The notes below the pieces were generated by a model. It had not been told where the DNA came from. It worked only from the letters and a program-made list of their open reading frames with translations, and made no database searches. This document shows positions 12,230-22,381 of a stretch of 64,000 nucleotides of DNA, piece after piece. The first letter of the stretch is position 1, and each line of letters starts with the position of its first letter. The stretch is taken from positions 704,001 through 768,000 of the forward strand of contig CAWEYG010000001.1 in NCBI GenBank assembly GCA_963813155.1, given 5' to 3'. Made by a program: the position numbers and the translations under genes. Origin of the DNA: an uncultured Acidobacteriota bacterium. Its GTDB lineage: Bacteria > Acidobacteriota > Thermoanaerobaculia > UBA5066 > DATFVB01.

Positions 12230-13122
12230 GCTCCCTCCGCGGGAGGCCGCGTCCTCCAACGGTTGTGCATCCAGAGCCAGAGGTGCGGTTCGGCCCGAAC
12301 GACCTTCTCGGTCACGTTCGTGTACAGGGCGGTGAGCGACTCGACGGTGCGATCTTCCTGTCGCAGATCGGCCAGCACGATCGGTTTCTCGAAACCGAGC
12401 CGGTAGCGGCCGTCGCCGAGCGGCCGGCAGAAAACCGGGACCACGGCAGCGTCCGTCTTGAGTTGAAAGAGCGCGAGAGCGGGCGAGGTGGCGGCCGGGC
12501 GGCCGAAGAACGGGACGAAAACCGCTTCCCGGGCCAGGACGTTCTGGTCGATCAGGATCGCGACCGTCTCGCCGTCGCGGATTTCCCGCAGGATCTCGCG
12601 AGCGGCCCGCTTCTTCGCGATCGTCCGGTTGTCGAACTTTCCGCGCAGCGCCTCGAGCTCGGCTTCCAGATACGGGTTGTCGAGCGGGCGCACGACCGAG
12701 GCGATCGGTCTCGCGAGCAGTCCTGCCGCGAGGGCGCCGATCTCCCAGTTGCCGAAGTGCGCCGACAGGAGGAAGACTCCCTTCCCCCGCCGGACCGACG
12801 ACCGGTAGTGCTCGTCCCCGGACATCTCCACGACCGCGAGCAGCTGTTCCCGGGAAAGACGGGTCGCCGCGAGGAAATCGAACAGGACGGTCCCGAAGCT
12901 CTCGGCGCACTTCACCGCGGTCGTCTCGACGCGTTCCGCGCTCCAGTCGGGAAAAGCGCGAGCGAGGTTGCGGAGCGCGATTTCCCGGCGGCTCTTTCCG
13001 ACGCGGAAATAGGAGCGCGCCGCGAATCGTCCCAGCGCGCCGCGCTCCCGCTCGGAAAGCAGGGAGAGCAGGCCCATCGTCCCGCGGACCGCCCCGCTCT
13101 CGATCCGGTGTCTAAACGACAT
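12226..13122 (-). CDS. lpxL: Lipid A late acyltransferase (LpxL/HtrB family)
   Basis: SAHFGNWE, ILIDQN, VPFFGRPA, WLWMHNRWR; start at MSFRHR (13122). Confidence 0.85.
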   Translation of the reverse strand: MSFRHRIESGAVRGTMGLLSLLSERERGALGRFAARSYFRVGKSRREIALRNLARAFPDWSAERVETTAVKCAESFGTVLFDFLAATRLSREQLLAVVEMSGDEHYRSSVRRGKGVFLLSAHFGNWEIGALAAGLLARPIASVVRPLDNPYLEAELEALRGKFDNRTIAKKRAAREILREIRDGETVAILIDQNVLAREAVFVPFFGRPAATSPALALFQLKTDAAVVPVFCRPLGDGRYRLGFEKPIVLADLRQEDRTVESLTALYTNVTEKVVRAEPHLWLWMHNRWRTRPPAEGA

Positions 13123-14110
13123 GTCCCCGCTCCGAGAGGACCGCCCGAACGCAGCCGAGCAGGCCCGGCTCGCGGAATTCCGGCTCCACTCTCGCGGCAA
13201 CGGCGCGAAGGCGCGACCGGCCGGCGAGCTTGACGAGGTCTTTTTCGGTCGTCAGCAGCAGCGGCGCCCCCGCGTTCCGCGCGGTCCGCTCGATTCGGCG
13301 CAGGTCCGAGCTCGAATAGAAATGGTGATCGCGAAACGGGAGAAAGACCGCCGGGTCGGCCCCGGCATCGCGAATCGTTCGCAGGAAGCGCCCCGGAAAG
13401 GCGATGGACGCGACCGCGATCGATCGCGTCGCGACGACGTCTTCCCCGGCCACCGATTCTCCCTGCTCGTCGAACCAGCCGGTGAAACGGGCCCCGAAAT
13501 GAAAAACCGGAGCGCGCGGATTCACGCGGCCCAGGAGAGCCTCGGCTCCGCCCCCTTCCGGCGACGCGCCGCCGGTGAGCACGAAGAGATCCGCTCTCGA
13601 CAGCGCCGAAACCGGCTCGCGCGACCGTCCGAAGGGGGGAAGGCCGCCGCCGAGAGGGTCGACGCGATCGAGCAGGACGATGTCGAGGTCCCGGCGGATC
13701 GCGAGGTGCTGAAACGCGTCATCGAGGAGGAGCAGGTCCGCTCCGAGAGCCGCGGCCTTCGTCGCGCCCTCGACGCGACGCTCGGAGACGACGACGATCG
13801 CTCCCGGAATCCGCCGGGCCAGAAGAGTCGGTTCGTCCCCCGCCTCCTCGACCCCGAGGCGAAGCGAAACGCCGTCGGACACGACTCGCAGACCGCGTGA
13901 GCGGCGCCCGTAGCCGCGCGAAACGATTCCCACTTTCCTGCCCGATTCCACGAGCTGCTGCGCGAGCCACAGGGTGAACGGCGTTTTTCCCGTCCCGCCC
14001 CACGTCAGGTTGCCGATCGAGATCGCCGGAACGGGGGCGCGCGACGAGCGGAGCCAGCCCGATTCGTAGGAGCGCCGCCGAAGGGAAAGCAGAGCCCCGA
14101 ACGGGCTCAC
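13112..14110 (-). CDS. lpxK: Tetraacyldisaccharide 4'-kinase
   Basis: SIGNLTWGGTGKTP, SRGYG, GDEP, LDDAFQH, FRDHH, TTEKD; GTG at 14110 overlaps the waaA stop. Confidence 0.92.
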   Translation of the reverse strand: MSPFGALLSLRRRSYESGWLRSSRAPVPAISIGNLTWGGTGKTPFTLWLAQQLVESGRKVGIVSRGYGRRSRGLRVVSDGVSLRLGVEEAGDEPTLLARRIPGAIVVVSERRVEGATKAAALGADLLLLDDAFQHLAIRRDLDIVLLDRVDPLGGGLPPFGRSREPVSALSRADLFVLTGGASPEGGGAEALLGRVNPRAPVFHFGARFTGWFDEQGESVAGEDVVATRSIAVASIAFPGRFLRTIRDAGADPAVFLPFRDHHFYSSSDLRRIERTARNAGAPLLLTTEKDLVKLAGRSRLRAVAARVEPEFREPGLLGCVRAVLSERGHVV

Positions 14111-15342
14111 GCGGTTTTCCGAAGGGGGAGAACGGCGTCGGCGGCGGCTCGGGCGGCACCGCGGTTGTTCTCGACGAGGGCCCGGGCATTCGAGGCCCTC
14201 GTCCCGGGCGAAGCCTCGCCGAGGAGCCGGCCCATCGCCGAAGCGAGCTCGCGGGAGTCGCGCACCGTCACCGCGGCGCGGCCGGCGACGCCGACTCGCA
14301 CGATTTCCCGAAAGTTCCGGGTGTAGGGCCCGAGGATCGTCGGAATCCCGTGGGCCCACGCCTCGATCGGATTGTGGCCTCCCACCGGCACGAGGGTTCC
14401 GCCGATGAAGGCGACGTCCGCCGCCGCGTAGGCCGAGGCGAGGTCGCCGACGGTGTCGAGCACGACGACGTCGGGATTCGTCCTTCCCCCGGTGGACCGT
14501 CCGACCGCGAACCCCTGCGCAACGAAAAGATCGAAGACGGCGTCGAATCGCTCGGGGCGCCGCGGAGCGACGACCAGAAGGGGACGCGGCTCGAGCGATT
14601 TCCAGGCTTCGAGAACCGGGAGCTCCTCGCCCTCGTGCGTCGAACCCGCGATGACGACGCGGCGGCCCGCCGCCCACGCGCGCACCCGCTCCGCGACGCG
14701 CGAATCGTCGGCGATCCGGACGTCGAATTTCACGTTTCCGGTCACGAGAACCCTTTCCGGAGGAGCCCCGAGGTCCCGGATCTTCCGCGCGTCGTCTTCC
14801 GACTGCATCGCGAACAGCGTGATGCGCCGGAGACTCCCCCGGAGCAGTCCCCGGACCGCCCGGTAACGCGAGTACGAACGGTCGGAAATGCGGCCGTTGA
14901 CGAGAGCGACCGGAATCCCCCGCCGCGCGCAGCTCTCCAGCAGAAGAGGCCAGATCTCCGTTTCCGTGAGCAGGAGGAGGCACGGATCGAGCGCGGAGAG
15001 CGACCGCTCGACGGGGCCGCGGAGGTCGAACGGAAACGGCACGACATGATCGGCTTCCCGCGAGGCCCGGGCGAGCTCGAGCCCCGCGGCCGTCGAGGCG
15101 GAGAGAACGAGCGGCCTCCGCACGCCCGCCTCCCGGATCGCGTGCAGGATCGAGTTCGCCGCGCCGACCTCCCCGACCGAAACGGCATGGATCCAGATCG
15201 AGCCGCGGGCCCTCGGGAGCGTTCCCCGCCCCAGGCGCCCCCTCCAGTCCCCGACGCGTTTTCCGCCCGCCGCCTGCCGCAGGAGGGCGAACGGAGCGTA
15301 CAGCGCGAGGGCGATCCCGAACAAAAGCCGGTAAAAGATCAC
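14107..15342 (-). CDS. waaA: Kdo transferase
   Basis: IWIHAVSVGE, ETEIWP, NGRISDRS, GNVKFD, AGSTHEGEE, GGHNPIE. TATAAT lies 9 nt upstream of GTG 15342. Confidence 0.92.
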   Translation of the reverse strand: MIFYRLLFGIALALYAPFALLRQAAGGKRVGDWRGRLGRGTLPRARGSIWIHAVSVGEVGAANSILHAIREAGVRRPLVLSASTAAGLELARASREADHVVPFPFDLRGPVERSLSALDPCLLLLTETEIWPLLLESCARRGIPVALVNGRISDRSYSRYRAVRGLLRGSLRRITLFAMQSEDDARKIRDLGAPPERVLVTGNVKFDVRIADDSRVAERVRAWAAGRRVVIAGSTHEGEELPVLEAWKSLEPRPLLVVAPRRPERFDAVFDLFVAQGFAVGRSTGGRTNPDVVVLDTVGDLASAYAAADVAFIGGTLVPVGGHNPIEAWAHGIPTILGPYTRNFREIVRVGVAGRAAVTVRDSRELASAMGRLLGEASPGTRASNARALVENNRGAARAAADAVLPLRKTA

Positions 15343-15441
15343 TTCGCCGCGATTATACGCAGACCGGGCCGGAAAGAGGCTTGAGCCGGCCGCGGCAACG
15401 ATGAGACAATACAAGAGCTTAGGTTCGGGATTCGGGGTCCC

Positions 15442-15465
15442 AACGATTCGCGGCCGGACTCCGTA
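15442..15465 (+). promoter_or_regulatory. Candidate ECF-type (autoregulatory) promoter
   Basis: AAC-N17-CGTA ending 23 nt upstream of the ECF sigma start codon. Confidence 0.4.
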
Positions 15466-15488
15466 AGACGGGAAGTAAGGTAATAAGC

Positions 15489-16115
15489 TTGGAACTCGTA
15501 TACAGCCGTCAGCGTGAAGAAAAGAAAGCCGTCGAGGCCGACGACCGGGAGCTCGCCCTCCGGGCCCGCGCCGGGGATTCGGTCGCTTTCGAAACGCTCG
15601 TCGTGCGCAAGACCCCGGCCGTCGTGTCGGTCGCTCGCCGCATCATCGGGGACGCGGAGGAGGCCCGCGACGTCGCGCAGCTCGTCTTCCTTCGGGTGTG
15701 GGATTCCCTGGGCCGGTACGACGAGAAGTATTCGTTCAACACGTGGCTCTACAAAATCGCGACGAACCTGTCGATCGACTTCCTTCGGGCCAACCGGAGC
15801 CGGGAAAAGGCTCACGGAGCCACGCTGCACCTGGTTCGCCGGCGCGAGGCCTCGATCGAGGACGAGGCGACCCTTTCGCTCGAAGCCTCGCAGGTCGCCC
15901 GGCTGTTCGAGACCGTCTCGAGCGGTCTTACCGAAAAGCAGAAGGCCGCGTTCGTGCTTCGTGAGCTCGAAGATCTCGATTCGAGCGAAGTTGCGGCAGC
16001 GCTCGGCTGCCGGGAATCGACGGTCCGAAATCACCTGTTCAATGCGCGAAAAGCGCTGCAGAAACGCCTCCGCAAGGATTTCCCGTCGCTTCTGACCCGC
16101 TGGAGGCGAAAATGA
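15489..16115 (+). CDS. ECF RNA polymerase sigma-70 factor
   Basis: Region 2 (ARDVAQLVFLRVW, FNTWLYKIATNLSID) and region 4 (FVLRELEDL..EVAAALG..STVRNHLFNAR). Confidence 0.9.
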   Translation: MELVYSRQREEKKAVEADDRELALRARAGDSVAFETLVVRKTPAVVSVARRIIGDAEEARDVAQLVFLRVWDSLGRYDEKYSFNTWLYKIATNLSIDFLRANRSREKAHGATLHLVRRREASIEDEATLSLEASQVARLFETVSSGLTEKQKAAFVLRELEDLDSSEVAAALGCRESTVRNHLFNARKALQKRLRKDFPSLLTRWRRK

Positions 16116-16672
16116 GCTCGCCCTGCCTCGACGAGCTGCGGATGGATTCTTTCCTCTCCGATTCGCTCGGGCGCGCGGACCGCGCGGCCGTGACCGACCA
16201 CCTGCGATTCTGCGCCGACTGTCGCCTCCGCGCCCTCGAGAGCGACCCCTCGGCCGTCTTCCGCCTGGCGGCCCCCCCGGAGCCTTCCGTCTCCGAAGAC
16301 GAGACGCGCCGGATCCTGGAAAACGTGCGCGTCGCAATCGCGATTCGCGAGGCCTCGCGCAAGATCGAGCGCCCTCCGGCGGGCGGGCTGGGAATGCGAC
16401 GGACGGCCGCCGCGCTCGCCGCGGCCGCCCTGCTTTCGCTCACGGCCTCCTCGCCGATGTCCCGAACGTCCCGGCGGAACGCCTCGCCGGCGCGCGAATC
16501 GTCCCCGCGGGAGGCTTCGGCTCCGTCCGCGTTCGCCCGCGCCGCGGCTTCCGAGCGGTCCGACGACGCGCTCGCGCCCGCCACCGCGACGGTGTACGAG
16601 TGGAACCCCGGCGCGAATTCTCCGGACGACCCGAAGATCGTCTGGATCGTCGATCGCTCCCTCGATCTCTGA
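16112..16672 (+). CDS. Zinc-binding (ZAS/zf-HC2) anti-sigma factor
   Basis: HLRFCADC (HxxxCxxC) followed by a hydrophobic segment; overlaps the sigma stop codon (ATGA-type coupling). Confidence 0.75.
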   Translation: MSSPCLDELRMDSFLSDSLGRADRAAVTDHLRFCADCRLRALESDPSAVFRLAAPPEPSVSEDETRRILENVRVAIAIREASRKIERPPAGGLGMRRTAAALAAAALLSLTASSPMSRTSRRNASPARESSPREASAPSAFARAAASERSDDALAPATATVYEWNPGANSPDDPKIVWIVDRSLDL

Positions 16673-16673
16673 G

Positions 16674-17429
16674 ATGAGACTCCGGGCCTTTTTCCGCGCG
16701 GCGGCCGTCGCCGGCCTCCTCATTGTTCTCGGAGATTTTGCCGCTCTCGCCCGCGCCGCCGACCCGGTCGGCGTCAAGGTGTTCGTGCTCAAATACAAGA
16801 GAATCGAAGAGGCGACGCTGATCGTCCGTCCCCTCCTGTCCGATTCGGGCTCGATCGTGCTCACCTCGAAGATCAACGCGCTGACGATCACGGATCGGCC
16901 CTCGGCCCTGAACCTGATCTCGCAGGCGCTCTCCCAGTTCGACGTTCCCCCGCAGGGGTACTCGATCGCCGTGAAGTTGATCCGGGCGCGCGCGGACGCT
17001 CCCGCGGGGGACCTTTCGCGGGAAATCGGCGGAATCGGCAACAAGCTCCGGGAGGTCTTTCGGTTCAACGACTACTCGCTGATCGATTCCACCGTGCTGG
17101 GAGGGTCCGAGGGCGAAAGCGTTTCGTCCCTGCTCGGGAACGAATATCGCCTCGGGTTCCGGATCGAACCCGCGGGTCAGGCGCCGCTCATTCGGCTCGC
17201 CCGCTTCACGCTCTCGAGGGAGAGGGCCTTTCCGGGCGGCCGCAAGTTCGCCATCCCCGTCTACCGGACGACGATCACGGCCGGCCTCAATCAGACGATG
17301 GTCGTCGGCGCCTCGCGGGAGAGGGCGTCCAACAAGGCGCTGATCCTGATCCTGCTCGTCCAGGAGGCGCCGCGCCCGAACGCGGAGAAGGGCCTTTCGG
17401 GAGTCAATTCCGCAGAGGTGGGTCACTGA
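16674..17429 (+). CDS. Exported protein with a secretin N-terminal (NolW-like) repeat but no secretin barrel
   Basis: Signal peptide; VKVFVLKYK..LLSDSGSI..NALTITD...QFDVPP resembles a Secretin_N domain; only 251 aa. Confidence 0.55.
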   Translation: MRLRAFFRAAAVAGLLIVLGDFAALARAADPVGVKVFVLKYKRIEEATLIVRPLLSDSGSIVLTSKINALTITDRPSALNLISQALSQFDVPPQGYSIAVKLIRARADAPAGDLSREIGGIGNKLREVFRFNDYSLIDSTVLGGSEGESVSSLLGNEYRLGFRIEPAGQAPLIRLARFTLSRERAFPGGRKFAIPVYRTTITAGLNQTMVVGASRERASNKALILILLVQEAPRPNAEKGLSGVNSAEVGH

Positions 17430-18631
17430 TGCCCGAGTTCGTCGTGAGACTCGGCTGGCCGGACGGCGCCGTCGCGGAAGAGTCGATCACCTCGCCCACC
17501 GGCGCCGCCGCGAGGCTCGAGTTCGAGCGCCGGGGAGCGCACGTCTTCGAGCTCCGCGAAAAGTCCCCCGCTCTGGCGCTGCGCCGCCGGCGCCGGATCC
17601 GAATGGCGGCGTTCCTCGTCTTCAACCAGGAGCTCGTCGCGCTGCTGAAGGCCGGCCTTCCGATCCTCCGCTCGATCGAGCTCCTTCTCGAACGGCAACA
17701 GAACCCGGTCTGGAAGGAAGTGCTCGGCGACGTGCGGGACCGAATCACCTCGGGCGCGGCGCTCTCGGACGCGTTCGCCGCGCAGGAAAACCTGTTCCCC
17801 CGCCTCTACGCGACATCGCTCAAAGCGGGAGAAAAGGCCGGGGAGATCGAGCCCGTCCTTCGGCGCTACCTGAAGTACCAGAAGACGATCGTCGCGCTCC
17901 AGCGAAAGGTCGTGAGCACGCTCGTGTATCCGGCGGTGCTGGTGGCCGTGTCGATCGGCTTGATCGCGATCCTCATGACCTTCGTGATTCCCCGGTTCAC
18001 CGAATTCTTCGGCGAGCTCGGTGGAAACCTCCCGCTGCTCACCCAGATCGTGATCGGGACCGCCTCGGCAATCCGAAACCACATCATCCCGATCGTCGTC
18101 GTCATCGCGGCCGCCGTTTTCGGGGCGAACCGCTTCGCCGCGACCGACCGGGGCCGCCAGTTTTTCGATGCGCAGCTGCTGCGGCTGCCGTTCGTCGGGG
18201 GAATCTTCCGGCGCTTTTCGATCGCCCAGTTCACGCGCTCCCTCGCGACCCTCCTTTCCGGGGGCACGCCGCTCGTTCCCTCCCTGGAAATCGCCTCGGA
18301 AGCGGTGGGAAACCGCTACGTGTCCCGCAAGATCCAGATGATCGTCCCGCGCGTTCGCGAAGGCGGAGAACTGTGGCGCGCGCTCGAGAACACGGGAATG
18401 ATGACGAACCTGACGATCGAGATGGTCAAGGTCGGCGAGTCCTCGGGCGCGCTCGAGGAGATGCTCAACTCGGCCTCCGAGTTCTACGACGAGGAGATCG
18501 ACGCCCTGCTCGCGCGGGTGGTATCGTTCGTCGAACCCGCGATTTTGATCGTGATGGGCGCGGTCATTGCAACGATCCTGCTTGCCGTGTACCTGCCGCT
18601 CTTCACGATTCTTTCGAATATCAAGGGATAG
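17429..18631 (+). CDS. T2SS/T4P platform protein (GspF/PilC family)
   Basis: FNQELVALLKAGLP, AGEKAG, VGESSG, YLPLF. Confidence 0.9.
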   Translation: MPEFVVRLGWPDGAVAEESITSPTGAAARLEFERRGAHVFELREKSPALALRRRRRIRMAAFLVFNQELVALLKAGLPILRSIELLLERQQNPVWKEVLGDVRDRITSGAALSDAFAAQENLFPRLYATSLKAGEKAGEIEPVLRRYLKYQKTIVALQRKVVSTLVYPAVLVAVSIGLIAILMTFVIPRFTEFFGELGGNLPLLTQIVIGTASAIRNHIIPIVVVIAAAVFGANRFAATDRGRQFFDAQLLRLPFVGGIFRRFSIAQFTRSLATLLSGGTPLVPSLEIASEAVGNRYVSRKIQMIVPRVREGGELWRALENTGMMTNLTIEMVKVGESSGALEEMLNSASEFYDEEIDALLARVVSFVEPAILIVMGAVIATILLAVYLPLFTILSNIKG

Positions 18632-18638
18632 GAGACCA

Positions 18639-20264
18639 ATGTCCGCTCGAAAGGAAACGCCGCCGCAGATCAAGGCCCTTTCTCCCCAGGAAGAGGAAGC
18701 CAAGGCGATCGCCCTCGCGGAAAAGCTCGGCCTCGCGTACGTCGACCTGCTCTCCTTTCGAATCAACGCCGAGCTCTTTCGGTCGGTCCCGGTCGAATGG
18801 ATGCTCCGGTACGAGTTCGTGCCGGAGGCTCGGACCGACCGCTCCATGACGATCATCGCGGCCGACCCGTCGGACGTCGTCCGATTCGACGAGCTCGAGC
18901 TCCTCATCGGGCTACCCCTGAAGCGCAAGGTCGGCAGCCGGGCCGCCATCGCGGAGATCCTTCAGAAGAGCGAATCCTCTCAGCGTGTCCTCGACGAAGC
19001 GACCGAAGACTTCCGCCTTCAACTCGTTTCCGAAAACGAGGAAGGCGAAGAGACCCTCACGATCGACAGCATCACCCAGGACTCTTCCCCGATCATCAAG
19101 CTCGTCGACTCGATTCTCTTCAACGCGATCCAGCGACGCGCTTCCGACATCCACATCGAGACGCAACAGAGCCTCGTCGTCATCAAGTACCGCATCGACG
19201 GCGTTCTCTACCAGGCGATGGACCCGATCGACAAGCGCCATCACGGAACGATCATTTCCCGCATCAAGGTCATGTCGGAGCTCGACATCGCCGAAAAGCG
19301 CATTCCGCAGGACGGCCGATTCAAACTCCGCGTCCGCGGCCGAACGATCGACTTCCGCGTCTCGATCATGCCGACCGTCCACGGCGAAGACGCCGTGATC
19401 CGAATTCTCGACAAAGAGTCCGCCAACGAAGAGTTCAGCCAGCTCTCCCTGGACGTCGTCGGCCTCGACGAGGAAACGAAGCGGAAGCTGCGCAAGTTCA
19501 TCCGCGAGCCCTACGGCATGGTCCTCGTCACGGGCCCGACGGGCTCCGGCAAAACGACGACCCTCTACGCCTGCCTCTCCGAGATCCAGTCCGTCGAGGA
19601 CAAGATCGTCACGATCGAAGATCCCGTCGAATACCAGCTCAAGGGAATCACGCAGATCCCGGTCAACGAGAAAAAGGGGCTCACCTTCGCCCGCGGGCTG
19701 CGATCGATTCTGCGCCACGACCCGGACAAGATCATGGTCGGCGAGATTCGCGACGAAGAGACCGCCCAGATCGCCGTGCAGTCGGCGCTCACGGGACACC
19801 TCGTTTTCACGACCGTGCACGCCAACAACGTCGTCGACGTAATCGGACGCTTTCTCAACATGAAAGTGGACCTCTACAACTTCGTCTCCGCGCTGAATTG
19901 CGTTCTCGCGCAACGGCTCGTCCGCCGGCTGTGCCCGCACTGCAAAGAGTCCGTGACCTATTCGCGCGACACGCTTCTCGAGTCGGGCCTCCTGCCGAAC
20001 CAGACGGAGGGCAAGGTCTTCTTCGAAGGACGGGGATGCCTCGAGTGCAACGGAACCGGTTTCCGAGGACGAATGGCGATCGCGGAGCTTCTCGACCTCT
20101 CGGACCGCATTCGGGGCCTCATCCTCGAAAAGCGGCCGGCCTCCGAGATCAAGAGCGCCGCCAAAGAGCAGGGCATGATCTTTCTGCGCGACTCCGCCCT
20201 TCGGAAGGTGTTTTCGGGCGACACGACCCTCAAGGAGATCAACAAGGTGACGTTTGTCGATTAG
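18639..20264 (+). CDS. T2SS/T4P assembly ATPase (GspE/PilB family)
   Basis: RASDIHIE, RIPQDGR, GPTGSGKTT, LRHDPDKIMVGEIRD, CPHC..CLEC; GGAG SD before ATG 18639. Confidence 0.92.
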   Translation: MSARKETPPQIKALSPQEEEAKAIALAEKLGLAYVDLLSFRINAELFRSVPVEWMLRYEFVPEARTDRSMTIIAADPSDVVRFDELELLIGLPLKRKVGSRAAIAEILQKSESSQRVLDEATEDFRLQLVSENEEGEETLTIDSITQDSSPIIKLVDSILFNAIQRRASDIHIETQQSLVVIKYRIDGVLYQAMDPIDKRHHGTIISRIKVMSELDIAEKRIPQDGRFKLRVRGRTIDFRVSIMPTVHGEDAVIRILDKESANEEFSQLSLDVVGLDEETKRKLRKFIREPYGMVLVTGPTGSGKTTTLYACLSEIQSVEDKIVTIEDPVEYQLKGITQIPVNEKKGLTFARGLRSILRHDPDKIMVGEIRDEETAQIAVQSALTGHLVFTTVHANNVVDVIGRFLNMKVDLYNFVSALNCVLAQRLVRRLCPHCKESVTYSRDTLLESGLLPNQTEGKVFFEGRGCLECNGTGFRGRMAIAELLDLSDRIRGLILEKRPASEIKSAAKEQGMIFLRDSALRKVFSGDTTLKEINKVTFVD

Positions 20265-21177
20265 CCCTTTTGCGCCCGTCGTGCCCGCCGACGCGTTCGC
20301 CCTGTCCGACGGCGGCGCGACGTACGTTCGGGTTTTCCGGCACGAGCGGCCGTCCATCGAGATCCTGCGCCATTTCGACTATCCCGCGGGCTCCTGGACG
20401 CTCGGGATTCTCGGCGCCCCCGTGTTCGGGAACGACGCGTTTCTCCCCGCCGTGGAAGCGGCGAAACGCGCCGTCCGGGGCGGAGTTCGGCGCGCCTGCG
20501 TGACCATTCCCGACGCCTGGGCCCGCACGCTCACGCTCGATTTCGACGTGCTCCCCTCCGGACGCCGCGAACGCTCCGAGATGGTGAACTGGAAGATCAA
20601 GAAACTCCTTCCCGGCCGCGTCGAAGACCTGGAGATCGTGTTTTCGGAGATCCCGAAGAGCGGCGAAGGAATCCGGCTGCTCGTCTCCGCGGCGCCGCGC
20701 GACACGATTCGTTCGATCGAGTCCGCGTTCGCGGCAGCAGGGATTCGCGTGGGAATGCTCAGCACGTCGACGCTCGCCTTCTTCAACGGATTCGACGACC
20801 GACTCTCGCGGTCCGCCGGCGGCGATTACCTCCTGCTGCACCGCTCGGGCCGAACCTCCTCGCTCCTGATCGCTCGCAACGGCCACCCGCTCTTCTATCG
20901 GCAAAAAGCCGCCACCGAGGAGGGGACCGACGACGTGCAGGAGCTCCGGCTTTCGCTGTCCCACTACGCGGAGACCCTCGGCGGAGCGGAGAACCCGGCG
21001 CTCTACCTCTGGGACGAGCCCACGTCCGCGGGACACGAAGGCTCCGAATCGCTCGAGCCGATGCAGATGCGGCCGGTCAACGCCGCCCTGCTGCTCGCGG
21101 ATTCGTCCCTCGACCTCCATTCCGCCGCTCACCCCGAGGTTCTCGCCGCGGCGGCGGCGACCCTGGAGAACGACTGA
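20254..21177 (+). CDS. PilM/GspL-like cytoplasmic alignment protein
   Basis: Position after the ATPase and before PilN/PilO-like genes; soluble, divergent actin-like pattern (VTIPD, ESAFAAAGI). Confidence 0.55.
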   Translation: MSISPFAPVVPADAFALSDGGATYVRVFRHERPSIEILRHFDYPAGSWTLGILGAPVFGNDAFLPAVEAAKRAVRGGVRRACVTIPDAWARTLTLDFDVLPSGRRERSEMVNWKIKKLLPGRVEDLEIVFSEIPKSGEGIRLLVSAAPRDTIRSIESAFAAAGIRVGMLSTSTLAFFNGFDDRLSRSAGGDYLLLHRSGRTSSLLIARNGHPLFYRQKAATEEGTDDVQELRLSLSHYAETLGGAENPALYLWDEPTSAGHEGSESLEPMQMRPVNAALLLADSSLDLHSAAHPEVLAAAAATLEND

Positions 21178-21752
21178 TGGCGGTGAATCTCAATTTCGCC
21201 CACCGGCCGTTCCGCGACTCGCGGCCGATCTCGATCACGCTGATCGCCGCGACCGCGATCGGGATCGTCCTGTTCACGCTCAACGTGCGCGACTATTTTC
21301 ATTTCCGGGACTCCGCGGCGGGAACCCGCGCCGAAATCTCGCGCCTCAACGAAGAGGCCGGCCGGGCGGAGGAGAACGCGGCCCGTATTCGAAGCCTCAT
21401 TTCGACCGCGAGCCTGAAGGAGCTCCAGACCGAAGGGGGAGCGCTCAACGGCCTCATCCGGGAACGCCAGTTCTCGTGGGTTCTCCTTCTCTCGCGGCTC
21501 GAGCAGGTCCTCCCGGGCGACGTCTATGTGACGAGCCTCGCGCCCTCCGTCGGCGCCGACGGCTCCGCGATGCTGAGCCTTTCGCTCGTGGGGAAATCCG
21601 AGGAATCCATCGTGAAGACCCTCGACGCGTTCGCGAAGAACTCGCACTTCCGGCGTCCGGTCCCCTCGTCCGAGACGGATCCGGAGAAGGGACAGCCGGA
21701 AGGGTTTCAGTTCCACCTGACGGTTCGTTACATTCCCCAGGAGCCGGCGTGA
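21177..21752 (+). CDS. PilN-like protein
   Basis: N-terminal VNLNFA motif, single TM, coiled coil, W..LL..LE..LP.DV. Confidence 0.7.
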   Translation: MAVNLNFAHRPFRDSRPISITLIAATAIGIVLFTLNVRDYFHFRDSAAGTRAEISRLNEEAGRAEENAARIRSLISTASLKELQTEGGALNGLIRERQFSWVLLLSRLEQVLPGDVYVTSLAPSVGADGSAMLSLSLVGKSEESIVKTLDAFAKNSHFRRPVPSSETDPEKGQPEGFQFHLTVRYIPQEPA

Positions 21753-22381
21753 AGTTCGAGCCGTCCCTCTGGCGCGAGCGCGCGTGGCTGATCGCTCCCG
21801 CGATCCTGTTCTTCCTCGCGAACCTCGCCTACTTTCTCGGGGGCCGGGCCGTTGACTCTTCGCGCACCGAAGCTCTCGAACGGTCGCGCCGCGACGCCCG
21901 GTCGAGAGTGGAGTCGGCGATCCAGGCCGAAAAGAAGGCGGCCTCCGACGGCGAGCGCGTGGAAGGCGTCCGCCGCGCGGAGGAGGAATTCTTCGGAAAA
22001 AGGATCGGAAACCTGAACGACACGATCGCCGCGACCGTCGCAGACATCCACCGCGTGAGCCGGAACGCGAACGCCTCTCCCCATTCGATCAGCTACTCGG
22101 TCGCCGATCGAAAGGGCGTTCCCCTCACCGAAATGTCGATCTCCTTCGGCGTCTCGGGCGACTACGTCACGCTCCGGCGGCTCCTCCAGGCCTTCGAAAA
22201 CGACTCCCGGTGGATCGTCGTCCGCCAGGTGCAGCTCGCGCGCATCGGCGAGACGGTGGCGTCGGGAAACATCCACCTCAATCTCGCGACGTATTTCTAC
22301 GAAGGGACCCGGCCCGAAAAGAAGGCCGACAAGAGAGACGTTCAAAACGCGAGACTCCCCGACGACCGGAGGGGCCAGTGA
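21749..22381 (+). CDS. PilO/GspM-like protein
   Basis: GTG overlaps the upstream stop; single TM, coiled coil, VSGDYVTLRRLLQAFE. Confidence 0.65.
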   Translation: MKFEPSLWRERAWLIAPAILFFLANLAYFLGGRAVDSSRTEALERSRRDARSRVESAIQAEKKAASDGERVEGVRRAEEEFFGKRIGNLNDTIAATVADIHRVSRNANASPHSISYSVADRKGVPLTEMSISFGVSGDYVTLRRLLQAFENDSRWIVVRQVQLARIGETVASGNIHLNLATYFYEGTRPEKKADKRDVQNARLPDDRRGQ

